Of a stretch of DNA of 64,000 nt, positions 18,074-25,896 are shown one piece after another; positions within the stretch are counted from its first letter, which is position 1; every line of letters begins with the position of its first letter. Under the pieces are notes generated by a model, which was not told the origin of the DNA, did no database searches, and worked only from the letters and a program-made list of their open reading frames with translations. This DNA is from Candidatus Poribacteria bacterium (GTDB lineage Bacteria > Poribacteria > WGA-4E > PCPOR2b), in contig OZ244042.1 in NCBI GenBank assembly GCA_965215015.1, positions 5,120,001 to 5,184,000 on the forward strand. Direction: 5' to 3'. Both the position numbers and the translations under genes were made by a program.

Positions 18074-19081
18074 CTAACCCTCAACCGGAACCACTCCAAT
18101 TCCGGGCAGATTGGGTAAGATGAGTTTACCCGCCTCAAGTGTTACACCACGATATGGATCATTCGCAATGAGTAGATGTCCATCCAGATCCGCGTAATCT
18201 ACAAGCGGTGTGAGATGCGCTGCTGCCGTGATGCCTAGGGAACTTTCAATCATACAACCAATCATCACTTGCAGCCCATGCGCTCGTGCAATGTGGATGA
18301 TTCGCATCGCTTCAAGCAAACCGCCGCATTTGACCAACTTAATGTTGATACCATCAACACAACCGACCAGCGAAGGTATGTCTGCAGCACGTTTCACACT
18401 TTCATCGGCGAAAATCGGGAGCTCCGAGTGCTCGCGGACAAACTTTAATCCCTCCAAATCGTCCGGCTTTGTGGGTTGCTCGATCAGTTCAATACCGTAG
18501 GGAACAAGCTCACGAATTTTACGAACTGCCTCTTTGGGAGTCCACGCCGTGTTGGCATCTACATAGATTGGTTTATCCGTGACCTCACGGAGTGCACGGA
18601 TGAGCTCCAAGTCACGGTGGCTGCCAAGTTTAACCTTGAGGAGGGGATATGCCTCCGCTTCACGCGCCTTTTGCTGCATAAGCTCCGGCTCATCAAGTCC
18701 GATTGTGAAGGTGGTAAGCGGCGTACCCGTTGGATCGAGCCCCCAGAGCCGATAAAGCGGTACACTTAACTTTTTGCCAAGCCGGTCGTGCAGGGCCATA
18801 TCAATCGCGGACTTTGCAGCGTAATTCCGTCCGAGAATTGATTCAAGCTCGGACATCACGCTCTCAATAGCATCAAGATTTCCATCAAGACCCGTATCGA
18901 GGAGGTCACAAGCGACTTGAACCGTTTCAACGGTTTCGCCGTAGAAGCGCGCGGGAGCCGTTTCACCCAGTCCGCCATCAATTTCAACAGAAATCACTTG
19001 ACGGAATTCATCAACGGCTCGCCTGGCAATCTTGAAGGGATGGATAAGTTTGAGATCCGTGACCTGATATCGGATATTCAT
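18074..19081 (-). CDS. Dipeptide epimerase (L-Ala-D/L-Glu epimerase, enolase superfamily)
   Basis: LKVKLG, VDANTAW, IEQP, ADES, INIKLVKCGG, GCMIES and DLDG. Confidence 0.92.
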   Translation of the reverse strand: MNIRYQVTDLKLIHPFKIARRAVDEFRQVISVEIDGGLGETAPARFYGETVETVQVACDLLDTGLDGNLDAIESVMSELESILGRNYAAKSAIDMALHDRLGKKLSVPLYRLWGLDPTGTPLTTFTIGLDEPELMQQKAREAEAYPLLKVKLGSHRDLELIRALREVTDKPIYVDANTAWTPKEAVRKIRELVPYGIELIEQPTKPDDLEGLKFVREHSELPIFADESVKRAADIPSLVGCVDGINIKLVKCGGLLEAMRIIHIARAHGLQVMIGCMIESSLGITAAAHLTPLVDYADLDGHLLIANDPYRGVTLEAGKLILPNLPGIGVVPVEG

Positions 19082-19101
19082 AAAGCGGGTGCAAAACTTT
19101 T

Positions 19102-19234
19102 GAGTTTGTAGTCGCGCAATTCAACCCACGTCTTTAAGGGAGCCGGCATACAGCGTATGCCGACCCTTCCCCTTGCTTGCGGGGGGACTGAGGGGGGTAC
19201 GACACAGTGGGGCGTGCCGACTCCTGTCGGATGA
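19102..19234. repeat. Composite REP element copy
   Basis: Near-copy of 16149-16285. Confidence 0.8.
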
Positions 19235-19425
19235 ACCTGTAGTTTGCTTAATTGCGTACCAGTTAAACTCGGGCAGTTGCAAATTTCTGATCGACCGACG
19301 TTTTCAGCTAAGTATAGTATGATGGTGAGTAATTGTCAAGAGGGTTTTCTACTTTGGCGTGTTGATCCATCTTTTTACACAAACAATCACATTTCACAAT
19401 TTGTTAATTTTTTTTTCAACTTTAA

Positions 19426-19454
19426 TGCAACTTTTTGCTGTGTCATTCGTAGTA
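19426..19454 (+). promoter_or_regulatory. Putative ECF promoter (copy 1)
   Basis: TGCAAC-N16-CGTAGTA; nearly identical at 20887 and similar at 21051. Confidence 0.7.
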
Positions 19455-19485
19455 AAGGCAACCCGAAGTAAAAAACATAGAAGAA

Positions 19486-19633
19486 TAGGAGTTACGCCCT
19501 TCAGTTTGTAGTAGTGCAATTCAACCAGCGTCTTTAAGGGAGTAGGCATACGCCGTATACCGTCCCCTCCCCCTCGCTTGCGGGAGTTAGGGGGGGACGG
19601 CACAGTGGAGCGTGCCTACCACTGTCGGATGAT
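19486..19633. repeat. Composite REP element copy
   Basis: Begins TAGGAGTTACGC and has the same module order as 16133 and 32954. Confidence 0.8.
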
Positions 19634-19778
19634 CGGTAGACACATGGGTATAGGCAAAAAGGTATTACGCCTCGCTGTCGCTTTATTGGTGCTGATGCCT
19701 CAGTATATTGCGTCCATAATTTACTTTATCTTCCGGCTTGATGAGTCGCTTAACAAAAACACAGAAGGAGGCAAAACC

Positions 19779-20552
19779 GTGCTCTTTACAGGTAAGCAGA
19801 AGCTGGTGATAGGTGGAGCGATACTGTTCGCTGCGCTATTCGTTGTGGGTAGTTATTTCGGCAGCCACTGGTACTATGGCGATATTGAGCCGGTGCCAGA
19901 GCATCTGCTGACAATAGAGCCGCGCCCCCCAATAGTGAGCCAAGAAACGCCCGTTTCTGGCTCTCAGGATATGGAAGGACTTGAATCGTTATCGGTTGCA
20001 GAGACAGGAGAATTATCCGGTGGTAATGCTGTTTCGACACCCCTTGCGGATATAACCGATAATGAACTAGACGCACTTTTACAAGAGTTGGATGAGTCCC
20101 CTGATGAAAAGGGGGATTTTCCTGAAGTCCCCGACGGATTTCCCTCAGACCTCACCCCCGTTTGGATCGAGTATCCCGATTATAAAAAGGGGAATATGTA
20201 TGAGCATGAGATGATTTACCGTGTTTTAATAAAACTGTGGAATCAGGGAGACCACGATTTTGTGAATGGCGTTTACAGGCATGATAAGGTCTACCCCCTT
20301 TATCGCGATGTGCTGTATGTTGGCTGGAAGGAAACGGTCTTGGACACTGCTGATGGCCCGCTTACAGTCCGGTTTGTATCTAGGGCAACTGGCACCCATG
20401 CCAGATCTTCTGCTAAAGAAGATATGATCGGAGGTGCTTTTTCGTTTCAAGATTTTATTACGGGGGATTATAAAACGAGATATCCCGGACTAAAACTTGT
20501 TGAGTATGAGAATGGAGGGTATAACCCTGAAACCTTTCTCGCTAACGATTAG
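19779..20552 (+). CDS. Membrane-anchored hypothetical protein, YFGSHWYYGD family (paralog A)
   Basis: GTG start after GAAGGAGG; TM helix then YFGSHWYYGD, FPEVP, RVLIKLWNQG, VYP and YNPETFL, shared with three downstream paralogs. Confidence 0.8.
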   Translation: MLFTGKQKLVIGGAILFAALFVVGSYFGSHWYYGDIEPVPEHLLTIEPRPPIVSQETPVSGSQDMEGLESLSVAETGELSGGNAVSTPLADITDNELDALLQELDESPDEKGDFPEVPDGFPSDLTPVWIEYPDYKKGNMYEHEMIYRVLIKLWNQGDHDFVNGVYRHDKVYPLYRDVLYVGWKETVLDTADGPLTVRFVSRATGTHARSSAKEDMIGGAFSFQDFITGDYKTRYPGLKLVEYENGGYNPETFLAND

Positions 20553-20630
20553 AAATTTCTCTGTTTGGAGGAAGTTTCTATCAACATAGCAGAATCCTTG
20601 GCACGGTAAACGAAGGAGAGGCCGCTGAAG

Positions 20631-20667
20631 GGGTATCCGCCATTTTTCCGGTGGATACCGCTTTTTT
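20631..20667 (+). terminator. Probable intrinsic terminator
   Basis: GGTATCCGCC...GGTGGATACC followed by GCTTTTTT. Confidence 0.6.
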
Positions 20668-20734
20668 GGGGCATCGCTTCCTTTCCGTTCCGCGGCAGAC
20701 AATCTGTAGAAGGTGTTTTGAGAAAACCGATACA

Positions 20735-20859
20735 CCCTCCCGCCGTGGCTTATAACCCAGAACCGTTATCAGCCCCTTTTCTCCTCTTCCACGCCTTGAC
20801 GACCTCCCCCGGCGTCAGCGGCTCTCCCAGATACGCACACCAATCGCGTCATAAATCGC
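20735..20859 (-). pseudogene. Duplicated, degraded 3' end of the XDH-family large-subunit gene
   Basis: Homologous to about 25880-26008; both contain CCAGAACCGTTA and ATACGCACACCAATCGCGTCATAAATCGC. Confidence 0.8.
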
Positions 20860-20886
20860 AATTTGTTAATTTTTTTCAAACGTTGA

Positions 20887-20915
20887 TGCAACTTTTCGCT
20901 ACGTCATTCGTAGTA
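20887..20915 (+). promoter_or_regulatory. Putative ECF promoter (copy 2)
   Basis: TGCAAC-N16-CGTAGTA inside a segment of about 75 bp duplicated from 19397-19470. Confidence 0.7.
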
Positions 20916-21050
20916 AAGGCAACCCGACCTAAAAAATCCAACAAAAATATAATATGTTCACAAATGTGTTTCTCAATCTGGTAGAATAATACCAAGCACA
21001 GGTCGTGTATCTACTCAATAATCAAGATGATATCAAAAGCGTGATTTTGA

Positions 21051-21079
21051 TGTAACTTTTCGTCATAGCATTTGTAGCA
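21051..21079 (+). promoter_or_regulatory. Putative ECF autoregulatory promoter (copy 3)
   Basis: TGTAAC-N16-TGTAGCA about 30 nt before the sigma gene start. Confidence 0.55.
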
Positions 21080-21110
21080 AGGACAGTCTCATACTAAAGG
21101 AGGTGTTCCT

Positions 21111-21653
21111 ATGCTAGAGGCAGTGTTTCTTGATCTTGTCAAGCAGCACCAAGGACAGGTCTATCAATACGCGCTGTACCTGCTCAATGACAAAGAGGAA
21201 GCGGAGGATGTGACTCAGGAAACTTTTATCAAAGCGTGGAATTACAATGCTGAATTACATCTTGAGACGGTCCAATCATGGTTGCTCAAATGCGCCAATC
21301 ATTTATGTATTGACCTGTTACGCCGCCGTCGATTTCGAGTACCGTTGACAGTGGGGGATACCGAAGAAATTGAAACGCTGGCACACTATCAGCGCGAGGG
21401 CGTAGCATCTCAATCATCAAATCCGTCGCCGGAAGCACTCTGCATCAGGGGAGAACATCAACAGTTGGTGCAGCAAGCCATTGCTCAACTCCCTCTCCAT
21501 TTTCGTACGGTTGTGATTATGCACGCAATAAATGACTTGAGTTTTGAGGAGATTGCGAAAACGCTCAATCAACCTGTCGGCACCGTGAAATCGAACATGT
21601 TTCGCGGAAAAAAAAGATTGCGGGAGATACTGCGAAACCTTATGAGGGGGTGA
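21111..21653 (+). CDS. ECF RNA polymerase sigma factor
   Basis: EAEDVTQETFIKAW, WLLKCANHLCID and LSFEEIAKTLNQPVGTVKSNMFRG; AAGGAGG RBS. Confidence 0.95.
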   Translation: MLEAVFLDLVKQHQGQVYQYALYLLNDKEEAEDVTQETFIKAWNYNAELHLETVQSWLLKCANHLCIDLLRRRRFRVPLTVGDTEEIETLAHYQREGVASQSSNPSPEALCIRGEHQQLVQQAIAQLPLHFRTVVIMHAINDLSFEEIAKTLNQPVGTVKSNMFRGKKRLREILRNLMRG

Positions 21654-21672
21654 ATCGCTGAAACGAGATATA

Positions 21673-21957
21673 ATGACACAAGGGATACATTGTGAGGACG
21701 TCCATACAGTTTTGGAAGAATACTTTGTCGGTGAACTGAACGCCGACGCTCAAGCGACAGCTGAGACACACATTGCTACATGTCAAGGTTGCCAAAATGA
21801 GTTGAACTTCGCACTCCAAATTGATGATATACTGAAGGAGATGCCCAAACCGGCCCCACCTTCGGAGGTTTTTGATCAGGTTGAGGCCTATGTTCAATCT
21901 CATCCAAACCCCACTGCTCGGGAAATGTCAACATGCCCTAGGTTCAACATGCCCTAG
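21673..21957 (+). CDS. Short soluble ZAS (zf-HC2) anti-sigma domain protein
   Basis: HC...HIATCQGC motif and no TM helix; the C-terminus is altered by a 16-bp tandem duplication at 21928-21959. Confidence 0.8.
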   Translation: MTQGIHCEDVHTVLEEYFVGELNADAQATAETHIATCQGCQNELNFALQIDDILKEMPKPAPPSEVFDQVEAYVQSHPNPTAREMSTCPRFNMP

Positions 21958-21999
21958 GTTGAGGAACCTTTACACCTATCAAAACGGAAGGAGAGTCTC

Positions 22000-22776
22000 A
22001 TGAAAACCGTATTAGACTTAATGCGTCAACCGTTAGTTATCGGTGCACTCGTATTAAGTATTCTCATTGTCAGTGGCGCGTATTTCGGCAGCCACTGGTA
22101 CTATGGTGATATTGAACCTGTCGAGAGGCCGACGGTCTCTGCACCGACTCCACTCCCGCCTAAAAGTCTTTCCCCCGCTGAAGTTGATTTGAGTGGTTTG
22201 CAAGAGGAATCATTACCTCTGCAAATGGGATCAACGCCTACAGTTCCGCCGGCAGAGAACGAGTCAGTCGATGATTTCTTGGTAGGGTTGTCGGATGAGG
22301 AGAAAGCCTTGTTGACGGCTGAAGTCGTGGAGGAGACTCAGCCGGTTTCCCCCTTTGGCTTCGGTCCATATCCCGAAGTGCCTTCAGATTATCCCGATGC
22401 GCCTATTTGGGAACGATATGATTACCCCGAAGGTGATGGGGAGTTTGGAAACGATTTTATGCAGTCTCTGGAATTGATAGATCGGGTCTTAATTAAACTC
22501 TGGAAGCAGGGTCGTAGGGCCACCTCTGCAAAAATGAATAGTAGTGGGATTGTCTATCCAGGATATCCCGATACGGTTTATGTTACATGGGCTTATGTTG
22601 AGGAACCCGATGGGACCCTTAGCCGCTATGCTTCTGACATATCGAGCGGGCCGGATGTGCCGCTGAGTGTCCATGATACTATAAGCGATGAGGGGATTAT
22701 TCCGTTCGGTATAAAGGTGCTCAGTCATGATACCGATGGAATAAATCCTTACACTTTTTTGAATCTCAATCAATAA
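22000..22776 (+). CDS. YFGSHWYYGD family membrane-anchored protein (paralog B)
   Basis: N-terminal TM helix; VSPFGFGPYPEVP, RVLIKLW and GINPYTFLNLNQ. Confidence 0.85.
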   Translation: MKTVLDLMRQPLVIGALVLSILIVSGAYFGSHWYYGDIEPVERPTVSAPTPLPPKSLSPAEVDLSGLQEESLPLQMGSTPTVPPAENESVDDFLVGLSDEEKALLTAEVVEETQPVSPFGFGPYPEVPSDYPDAPIWERYDYPEGDGEFGNDFMQSLELIDRVLIKLWKQGRRATSAKMNSSGIVYPGYPDTVYVTWAYVEEPDGTLSRYASDISSGPDVPLSVHDTISDEGIIPFGIKVLSHDTDGINPYTFLNLNQ

Positions 22777-22787
22777 GGAGAAATACA

Positions 22788-23078
22788 ATGCGTAACCGAT
22801 TTTTGGTGGTTTTTATAGCCTGTCTTTTTGCTACTTTCTCCGTATTTCCGTTTGTGGCACTAAGCAGATAGGAATGTAAGCAAGGTGTCTGTGCCGAAGG
22901 GAGAGTATACGGTGGATCCAAGCTCAGAGCGAAGGCAAGGGTCTCTAGCACAAGCTCCTATGATGGTCGATGGACATATAGCATCAAGGCCGGAAGCCAG
23001 AAAGAAAGTAATGAGGATATTTATCGGCAAGGCTATAGTGAAACATGGGAGGTATCGGCTTATACCGCGACCGCATGA
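22788..23078 (+). pseudogene. Inactivated small secreted protein, paralog of 23935-24303
   Basis: MRNRFLVVFIACLFATFSVFPFVALSR*ECKQGVCAEGRVYGGSKLRAKARV...EVSAYTATA*; TAG at 22869 where the paralog has Gln, and the 3' end is truncated at a repeat junction. Confidence 0.85.
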
Positions 23079-23535
23079 CTTCTAACCTTCGCCTCCTGTT
23101 AGGCTTTGCCTAACAAGCTGTTCAGAAGCTGAAGGTTGAAAGTCTTGGAGAAAGTCCGATGAAAACCTTATTAGATTTAATCCGCCAACCGTTGGTTATC
23201 GGTGCGTTTGTCTTAAGCATTCTCATTGTCGTCGGTGCGTATTTCGGGAGCCACTGGTACTATGGTGATGTTGAATCTATCGCCATACCAGAAAACTCAC
23301 CGCTCGTGCCCCGTCCACCTGAGCCGGTCCCTGAAGTCAACTTAGAGGGCCTATCCGCTGAATCCGAACAAACGCCAATTGAATCAACATCTACCCCGAT
23401 TATCGGGGTGGAGAACGAGTCAGTCGATGATTTCTTGGCAGGGGTGTCGGATGAGGAGAAAGCCCGGTTGATGGCTGAAGTCATGGAGGAGACTCAGCCG
23501 GTTTCCCCCTTTGGCTTCGGTCCATATCCCAAAGT
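23075..23535 (+). repeat. Direct repeat of about 460 bp (second copy about 24621-25080)
   Basis: The upstream hairpin leader and the 5' half of paralogs C and D are nearly identical. Confidence 0.9.
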
Positions 23536-23923
23536 GCCTTCAGATTTTCCCGGAGATATCATTTGGGAAACGGTGGATATGTATGAAAAAATCAATCAAC
23601 ATGGACGCGGCATGATGAAGGCAATGGAATTGATGGATCGGGTGTTAATTAAACTTTGGAATCAGGGACATCACGCGACCTCTGCTTCAATGGAGAGAGG
23701 ACTCGTCTATCCAGGATTTCCCAACACGGTTTATGTCGAATGGGCTTACACCGAAGAACCAGATGGCACAGTGACCCGATATGCTTCCGAAATAACGAGT
23801 AGTTATGATGTACCGCAGAGTGTCCATGATGCTCTAAGCGAGGGAATCGTTCCGCCCAATATAACCGCGCTTGGCTATGATGATGGAATTGATCCCTACA
23901 CTTTTTTGAATCTCAACCAATAA
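23159..23923 (+). CDS. YFGSHWYYGD family membrane-anchored protein (paralog C)
   Basis: Same motifs as paralog B. Confidence 0.85.
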   Translation: MKTLLDLIRQPLVIGAFVLSILIVVGAYFGSHWYYGDVESIAIPENSPLVPRPPEPVPEVNLEGLSAESEQTPIESTSTPIIGVENESVDDFLAGVSDEEKARLMAEVMEETQPVSPFGFGPYPKVPSDFPGDIIWETVDMYEKINQHGRGMMKAMELMDRVLIKLWNQGHHATSASMERGLVYPGFPNTVYVEWAYTEEPDGTVTRYASEITSSYDVPQSVHDALSEGIVPPNITALGYDDGIDPYTFLNLNQ

Positions 23924-23934
23924 GGAAAAATAAA

Positions 23935-24303
23935 ATGCGTAGACGTTTTTGGGTTGGTTTGATAACCTGTCTTTTTGCTACTTTTTCCATATCCCCCCTT
24001 ATGGCAATAAGCAAGCAAAAATGTGACGGACCGGTATGTGGCAGTACGAGAGTATCAGGTGGGTCAAGGCTAAGAGCGAGGGCGACAGTCCGTTCTCCGA
24101 GCAACTGTTGGGGTGGATGGGGAATAACGGTGCGCGCTGGAAATCTGGGTAAAAACCCTTCAGACTATTACACAAAAGGGACAAGAAAGTCTGCGGAAGT
24201 CGAGGCGTATACGTCAAATGCGGCGGCATCAGTGTGGATTACCGGATATAATAAGTATGGCAATTCTTATGATGTCTATGTCTCTGAGAGGTCTGGTGGT
24301 TGA
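23935..24303 (+). CDS. Small secreted basic protein with CxxxxC motif
   Basis: Signal peptide, KCDGPVC and a Gly/Ser/Arg-rich body; AAGGA RBS directly after paralog C. Confidence 0.75.
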   Translation: MRRRFWVGLITCLFATFSISPLMAISKQKCDGPVCGSTRVSGGSRLRARATVRSPSNCWGGWGITVRAGNLGKNPSDYYTKGTRKSAEVEAYTSNAAASVWITGYNKYGNSYDVYVSERSGG

Positions 24304-24704
24304 TGCACCGTAGGGGTCAATCCTGATGAAACGAAACTGATGGAAACGGCACGTGAAAACGTTTCATGGCGGTGTTTCCTTGGGGTGTTTTGGGGCATTG
24401 TTAGGTATCACCAACAAACTGTCTAAGATACCCTTTTTTGACTGTATCGCGGTTCTATGAATCGTTGAGTCTCCTAACAGTCTGCCTCATTCGCTTTGAG
24501 TTTCGCAAACCGTTTGCCGATGCGCTCAGTGAGTGTAGGGCGGGACGGTGGTAACTGCGCTAATAGTCTGTGTGTCTCGTTTGTTTGTGTAGGGCTTCAC
24601 GCAGATGGTCTATCAACAAAATGACTTCTAACCTTCGCCCCCTGTTAGGCTTTGCCTAACAGGCTGTTCAGAAGCTGAAGGTTGAAAGTCTTGGAGAAAG
24701 TCCG

Positions 24705-25475
24705 ATGAAAACCTTATTAGATTTAATCCGCCAACCGTTGGTTATTGGTGCGTTTGTCTTAAGCATTCTCATTGTCGTCGGTGCGTATTTCGGGAGCCAC
24801 TGGTACTATGGTGATGTTGAATCTATCGCCATACCAGAAAACTCACCGCTCGTGCCCCGTCCACCTGAGCCGGTCCCTGAAGTCAACTTAGAGGGCCTAT
24901 CCGCTGAATCCGAACAAACGCCAATTGAATCAACATCTACCCCGATTATCGGGGTGGAGAACGAGTCAGTCGATGATTTCTTGGCAGGGGTGTCGGATGA
25001 GGAGAAAGCCCGGTTGATGGCTGAAGTCGTAGAGGAGACTCAGCCGGTTTCCCCCTTTGGCTTCGGTCCATATCCCGAAGTGCCTCCAGATTATCCCAAT
25101 GCGCCTATTTGGGAACGGTACGATTACCCCGAAGGTGATGGGGAGTTTGGAAGCGATTTTATGCGGTCTCTGGAATTGATAAATCGGGTCTTAATTAAGC
25201 TCTGGAAGCAGGGTCGTAGGGCCACCTCTGCTTCAATGGAGAGAGGACTCGTCTATCCAGGATATCCCGATACGGTTTATGTTACATGGGCTTATGTTGA
25301 GGAACCCGATGGGACCCTTAGCCGCTATGCTTCTGACATATCGAGCGGGCCGGATGTGCCGCTGAGTGTCCATGATACTATAAGCGATGAGGGGGTTATT
25401 CCTTTCGGTATAAAGGTGCTCAGTCATGATACCGATGGGATAAATCCTTACACTTTTCTGAATCTCAATCAATAA
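24705..25475 (+). CDS. YFGSHWYYGD family protein (paralog D, mosaic of C and B)
   Basis: N-terminal half matches C and C-terminal half matches B, with a short C-type patch (SASMERGLVYPG). Confidence 0.87.
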   Translation: MKTLLDLIRQPLVIGAFVLSILIVVGAYFGSHWYYGDVESIAIPENSPLVPRPPEPVPEVNLEGLSAESEQTPIESTSTPIIGVENESVDDFLAGVSDEEKARLMAEVVEETQPVSPFGFGPYPEVPPDYPNAPIWERYDYPEGDGEFGSDFMRSLELINRVLIKLWKQGRRATSASMERGLVYPGYPDTVYVTWAYVEEPDGTLSRYASDISSGPDVPLSVHDTISDEGVIPFGIKVLSHDTDGINPYTFLNLNQ

Positions 25476-25803
25476 GGAGAAGTAAAATACGTAAACGTTT
25501 TTGGGTTAGATAACTGAAATCCCCTTGAACGCTAAAAGCAAATCCCGATAACAGACTAGGGGCAGCCAGAAGCATCCCTTAAGTCTGATGCTAAAATCGC
25601 TAAAAAGCCCCTGGCGTGAAAGTTTCGGTTTGAGGGATGGTAGTTTTGCCTATCCCTTACCAACACAAACAACACCAGGGGCTTTTTTTTGTTTCGTCTA
25701 GCTGTAAAGTTTTCCAATGCGGGTCGTGAACGTGGGGTGTGTTGATGCTTTGTTGTTAAGGACAATCTCCCTGAACATTATAAAGTATAAGGGTTATGCC
25801 CTT

Positions 25804-25871
25804 GAGTTTGGAGTCGCGCAATTCAACCCGCGTCTTTAAGGGAGTCGGCATACGCCGTATGCCGTACTCCC
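25804..25871. repeat. Partial composite REP element
   Basis: GTCGCGCAATTCAACCCGCGTCTTTAAGGGAGTCGGCATACGCCGTATGCC, as at 16158. Confidence 0.8.
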
Positions 25872-25896
25872 AATCGTCCACGCATTCCACCGTGGT

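Noticed and set aside
22869-22871. Recoded TAG (pyrrolysine or readthrough)
   Set aside because: It is a single C-to-T change from a Gln codon in a gene that is also 3'-truncated, and other genes here use TAG as stop.
24310-24620. Possible mobile-element remnant (TGAAAC/GTTTCA words; short minus-strand fragment QLPPSRPTLTERIGKRF)
   Set aside because: Too degenerate to assign by eye.
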